This document shows positions 60,455 through 64,000 of a stretch of DNA of 64,000 nucleotides, piece by piece (position 1 is the first letter of the stretch; each line of letters begins with the position of its first letter). Source of the DNA: Eledone cirrhosa. Lineage: Eukaryota. The stretch lies in assembly GCA_964016885.1 (NCBI GenBank), contig OZ024758.1, forward strand, positions 7,068,001 through 7,132,000, written 5' to 3'. The notes beneath the pieces were generated by a model that saw nothing but the letters and a program-made list of their open reading frames with translations, ran no database searches and was not told where the DNA came from. The position numbers were made by a program, and so were the translations under genes.

Positions 60455-62554
60455 TTATATCAGCAAAATGCTGTCAATGACAGCATTGGGTAAAATTTAG
60501 CTCAAAGGATAGAACTCAGCGGCTGTGTGTTGGTCCACAGATGTGATAGGACGAATTATGTATGTATGTATGTATGTATGTATGTATGTATGTATGTATG
60601 TATGTATGTATGTATGTATGTATGTATGTGTGTGTGTGTGTATATGTATGTATGAATGTATGTGTGTATGTATGTATATATGTGTGTGCCTATCTTATTT
60701 TATCGACTCTGAAAGGATGAAAAGTCATGTTGACCTGAGAACGCCGAGAGAAGTAAAAAAGAACGCCAAGTATTTCTTCCTTCACTCCGACCACTCCCCC
60801 ACCGCCATCTAAAATATCTTTTAATGATGATTCATTTAAATAGATTCAAACCTTGTTTCATGTCAATATTTGTTGGTGTCTTTCACGATTTTTATGTCTA
60901 TTTAGTATTATTTCCTTCAAATAGATAAAAAATAATCGATATATAGTGTAATTATATTCAAATTAAACAGTTATTTGCAGTTTGGTGATCGGAAGAAGGG
61001 GTAGGTGTAAAAACCAAACTCAATATCTTCAGTTCGTTATTCATGCCAACCCTTACCTATGGTCATGTATCTCAAATAATTGTTTCTACCTTTGGCACAA
61101 GGCCAGCAATTACCCAGTACATTACTGGTACTTTATTTTATCGACCCCGTAAGGATGAAAGGAAAATTCAACCTCGGCGGGATTTGAACTCAGATCGTAA
61201 AGGGACGTAACTATGCTGGAAAGCATGGCGTCCCACCCTCTACCGATACTGCCAATCCACCGCCCTTCAGAGATAAAAATAATGTTAGTCGTTGATAGTA
61301 GTTGCTGCTATTTTTTGTTTTTTTGGTCCCGTAACTTCTGATGGGGTATTAGAGGCGCCATATTGACAAAGGTGTTTCTAGGGTATTTCAAGCCTGACGG
61401 AGCCCATTGCCTCTCTAGGTTGAATACAGCAGATTTCTCCCAGAGAAGGATAGAGTGAGAAAAAGGAAGTGAGAAAGAGATATATAGGAAGAATCGATTT
61501 CAGTACTAGACTGATACTTTTTTTTATCGACCTTGAATGGATTAAAGGTAAAGTTGATCTCGGTGGGATTTGAACTCAGAGATCAGAAAGCCGGAAGTAT
61601 TTTATCTGACTATTTTATCTGCCAATACTCCGCCTCACCATGGATTGTAGTTGCTGTAATATTCGTTCTCCTGTTACTGGTGTTTATATATGTGGTGTAG
61701 TTTGGTTTCTATGTTGTCGACGATGACAGAAAATCAGTAATTTTGTTCAATTATTGATGTTCCCAAATTCTTGCTGTAAAGATCGAAATTTAAAAGTACT
61801 CGAACATTATAGGAAATTTGCTTTCTGCAAACAAATTTTAAAGTATTAATTAAATTGATGTGTATTTCTATTACCAACGCAAACAGACAACATTTATCTT
61901 ATAATGCAATTATTATAACAACTAACGGCATTTTGAAACATTACTATCGACAATAATGGCGAAATGTTAGAGCTTTCGTTCAAAGGCTAAATAGCTTTGC
62001 TAACTCACGACTTTCTCTCTTCACCATCCTGCAATATATGAGCAATAGACAAACAACAATTTCACTTTCAAAGCGATAATTATATAACAATCTTAAAATT
62101 GATAGATGTCGAAAAAAGAATCGATGTTGATTTTTCAAGTGAAATATCCAGTGTTGACAAGAACTAACTCAATACCGTAAAAGGTTATACATGTCTCTAC
62201 AGACTTAGTAAATACTTCTTCTTACTCAGCAGTTTTGCAGGATTCAGATATTTTTCGTGTTATATTTGTCTTATATTGTTTCGATCAAATTATCATTATG
62301 ATGCATCTCTGGTTCAATAAAATGTGCAACTGTCAAACAGTTTGGTATTCATCACTTCCAGAATATATAACGTTAGCAAATATCCCAAATGTATTTTAAT
62401 TTAGAAATAGCAAGGGGAAAATGGCTGATGCTTTCTTTTGCAGAAGAGATGCAAAACGATTTGTTGTCGATTTAACTATAAATTTAGTTAGATACAAAGA
62501 ATGCAATTTTTAAAATTGATTTGTTTTTCTTGTCAAAGTTGTTATTGTATTTAC

Positions 62555-62780
62555 TGTTGTTGTTGTTGTTGTTGTTGTCATTGTAGTTGTTGTTGTTGTG
62601 GTGTGTTGTTGTTGTTGTCGTTGTTTTTATTGTTGTTGTTGGTGTGGTGGTGTTGTTGTAGGTGTTATTGTTGTTGTTGCTCTTGATGTGGTGGTGGTGC
62701 GGTGGTGTTAATGTGGGTTTTATTGTTGTTGTTGCTGTTATTGTTGTGTTGTTGTTGTTATTGTTATTGTTGTTGCAGTC
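62555..62780. repeat. (GTT)n/(GGT)n degenerate microsatellite
   Basis: Direct. Confidence 0.9.
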
Positions 62781-63071
62781 ATTGTTTTACTAAGAAACCA
62801 TCATTGCAGAGAACTTAATGTTTATATAATGACGGAGGAAGTAATGCTACAGACCACACATTGCTCAATCATTTCCTACAATTTCCATTCCCAGTTTTTA
62901 CAACTACCATCTCTACCATACAATCTCCATTCCCAGTTTTTACATGTATGTGTGTGTGTATGTGTGTGTATGTATGTGTGTGTATGAGTGATGTCCGAAC
63001 GAGTATTTCCCATCTCCAACTAATTGTTTGCTAATTTTTTTAGGTTTTAGTATTTATTATATCGTGATCAA

Positions 63072-63290
63072 GGGCAGTGGATTGGAAGAATTGGTAGAGC
63101 ATCGGACACCATGCTTTGCAGCATGAAGTTACGGCCCTTTACGGTCTGAGTTCAAATCCCGCCGAGATAAACTTTGTCTTTCATCCTTACGGGGTCGATA
63201 AAATAAAGTACCAGTAACGTACTGGTGTCGATTTAATCGACTTTCCCCTCCCCGAAAATTACTGGCCTTGTGCCTATGCTAGAAATCATT
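63072..63290 (+). mobile_element. SINE family A, long subtype
   Basis: Full-length copy. Confidence 0.85.
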
Positions 63291-64000
63291 ATATCATGAT
63301 CATATTTATAAATTTAAGCCAGAAATTTTGAAAAACAGAATGTCGCATGAAAATAAATATATTACTTGTGCCAAAGTAAAGATGGTAGGTAGAAAGATTT
63401 GGCAAACTATTCTGATTGTGGTGGGTATGAAAACTTTCCTCTGTTAAAAGGTCCCTAAACTAGGTTTATTGCAATAATAGAATATAAAAATAAATATCAC
63501 TTCGGAAATAATAGAGAGTAAAGATGGTATAATGTCAGCAAATGTTACTGGCTATTGTATAAATAAATTGACTGATCTATACAGCATATCACATCATGTG
63601 TATAATCTTTACATAAATAAATTCAACGCTGTTGCATATGTTAACCCTACGTTTGTCGTCTTTCAAACGAGATAAGAAATTCAGTCTGTAAACTATGCAG
63701 CAGATGTTAACTAAACATGTGGTTAAGAAACAATATTTCGAAATGGTGTCGAATTTACTGGTACAATATTTTATAGAACACAAGACAATCAAAATAATTT
63801 CATTTTGGCGCACATGCGTTCTCTTTCTTTGCCCTTTAGAATCTGTTATCAGTTGGGAGTTTTATAAAATAGTGATTTTAAAAATAGGAACTTATGAAGT
63901 ATGGGAGATTGGCAGAATTTCTTAGAAATTATCTGAAAATGGAGTTTGTTAATTCACATGTATTATGTCCTTATGGACAAACGAATACACTGCAACAGTG

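Noticed and set aside
62501-62686. Cys/Leu-rich ORF
   Set aside because: Translation of a (GTT)n microsatellite.

Overview
Eukaryotic, AT-rich, repeat-dense genomic DNA. The SINE, RTE-LINE and microsatellite content suggests an octopus or other coleoid cephalopod (inference). Positions 440-40987 (+) hold the 3' 27 coding exons of an MEGF8 orthologue, which I spliced by hand. All introns are GT-AG and phase-consistent, giving about 2050 aa: a PA14-like region, PSI, EGF and laminin-EGF, CUB, Kelch propeller, further PSI/EGF/laminin-EGF, a TM helix and a cytoplasmic MASRPF motif. The gene start lies upstream of the window. Introns and the 23 kb downstream carry several SINE families, RTE, RLE-type and L1/Tx1-like LINE remnants, a DD37D (maT) transposase relic, mariner-, pogo- and piggyBac-like MITEs, a Helitron, and many mini/microsatellites. 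No second protein-coding gene was found. The most notable non-obvious signal is a dispersed set of unrelated minimal hammerhead-ribozyme-like motifs, mostly near (TA)n tracts, two with the compensatory U3-A8 core. Others are a possible decayed HDV-like ribozyme at the 5' end of a repeat, a perfect 52-bp-arm palindrome inside (TA)n, and minisatellites grown from transposon ends. All structure calls were made by eye and need computational or experimental confirmation.
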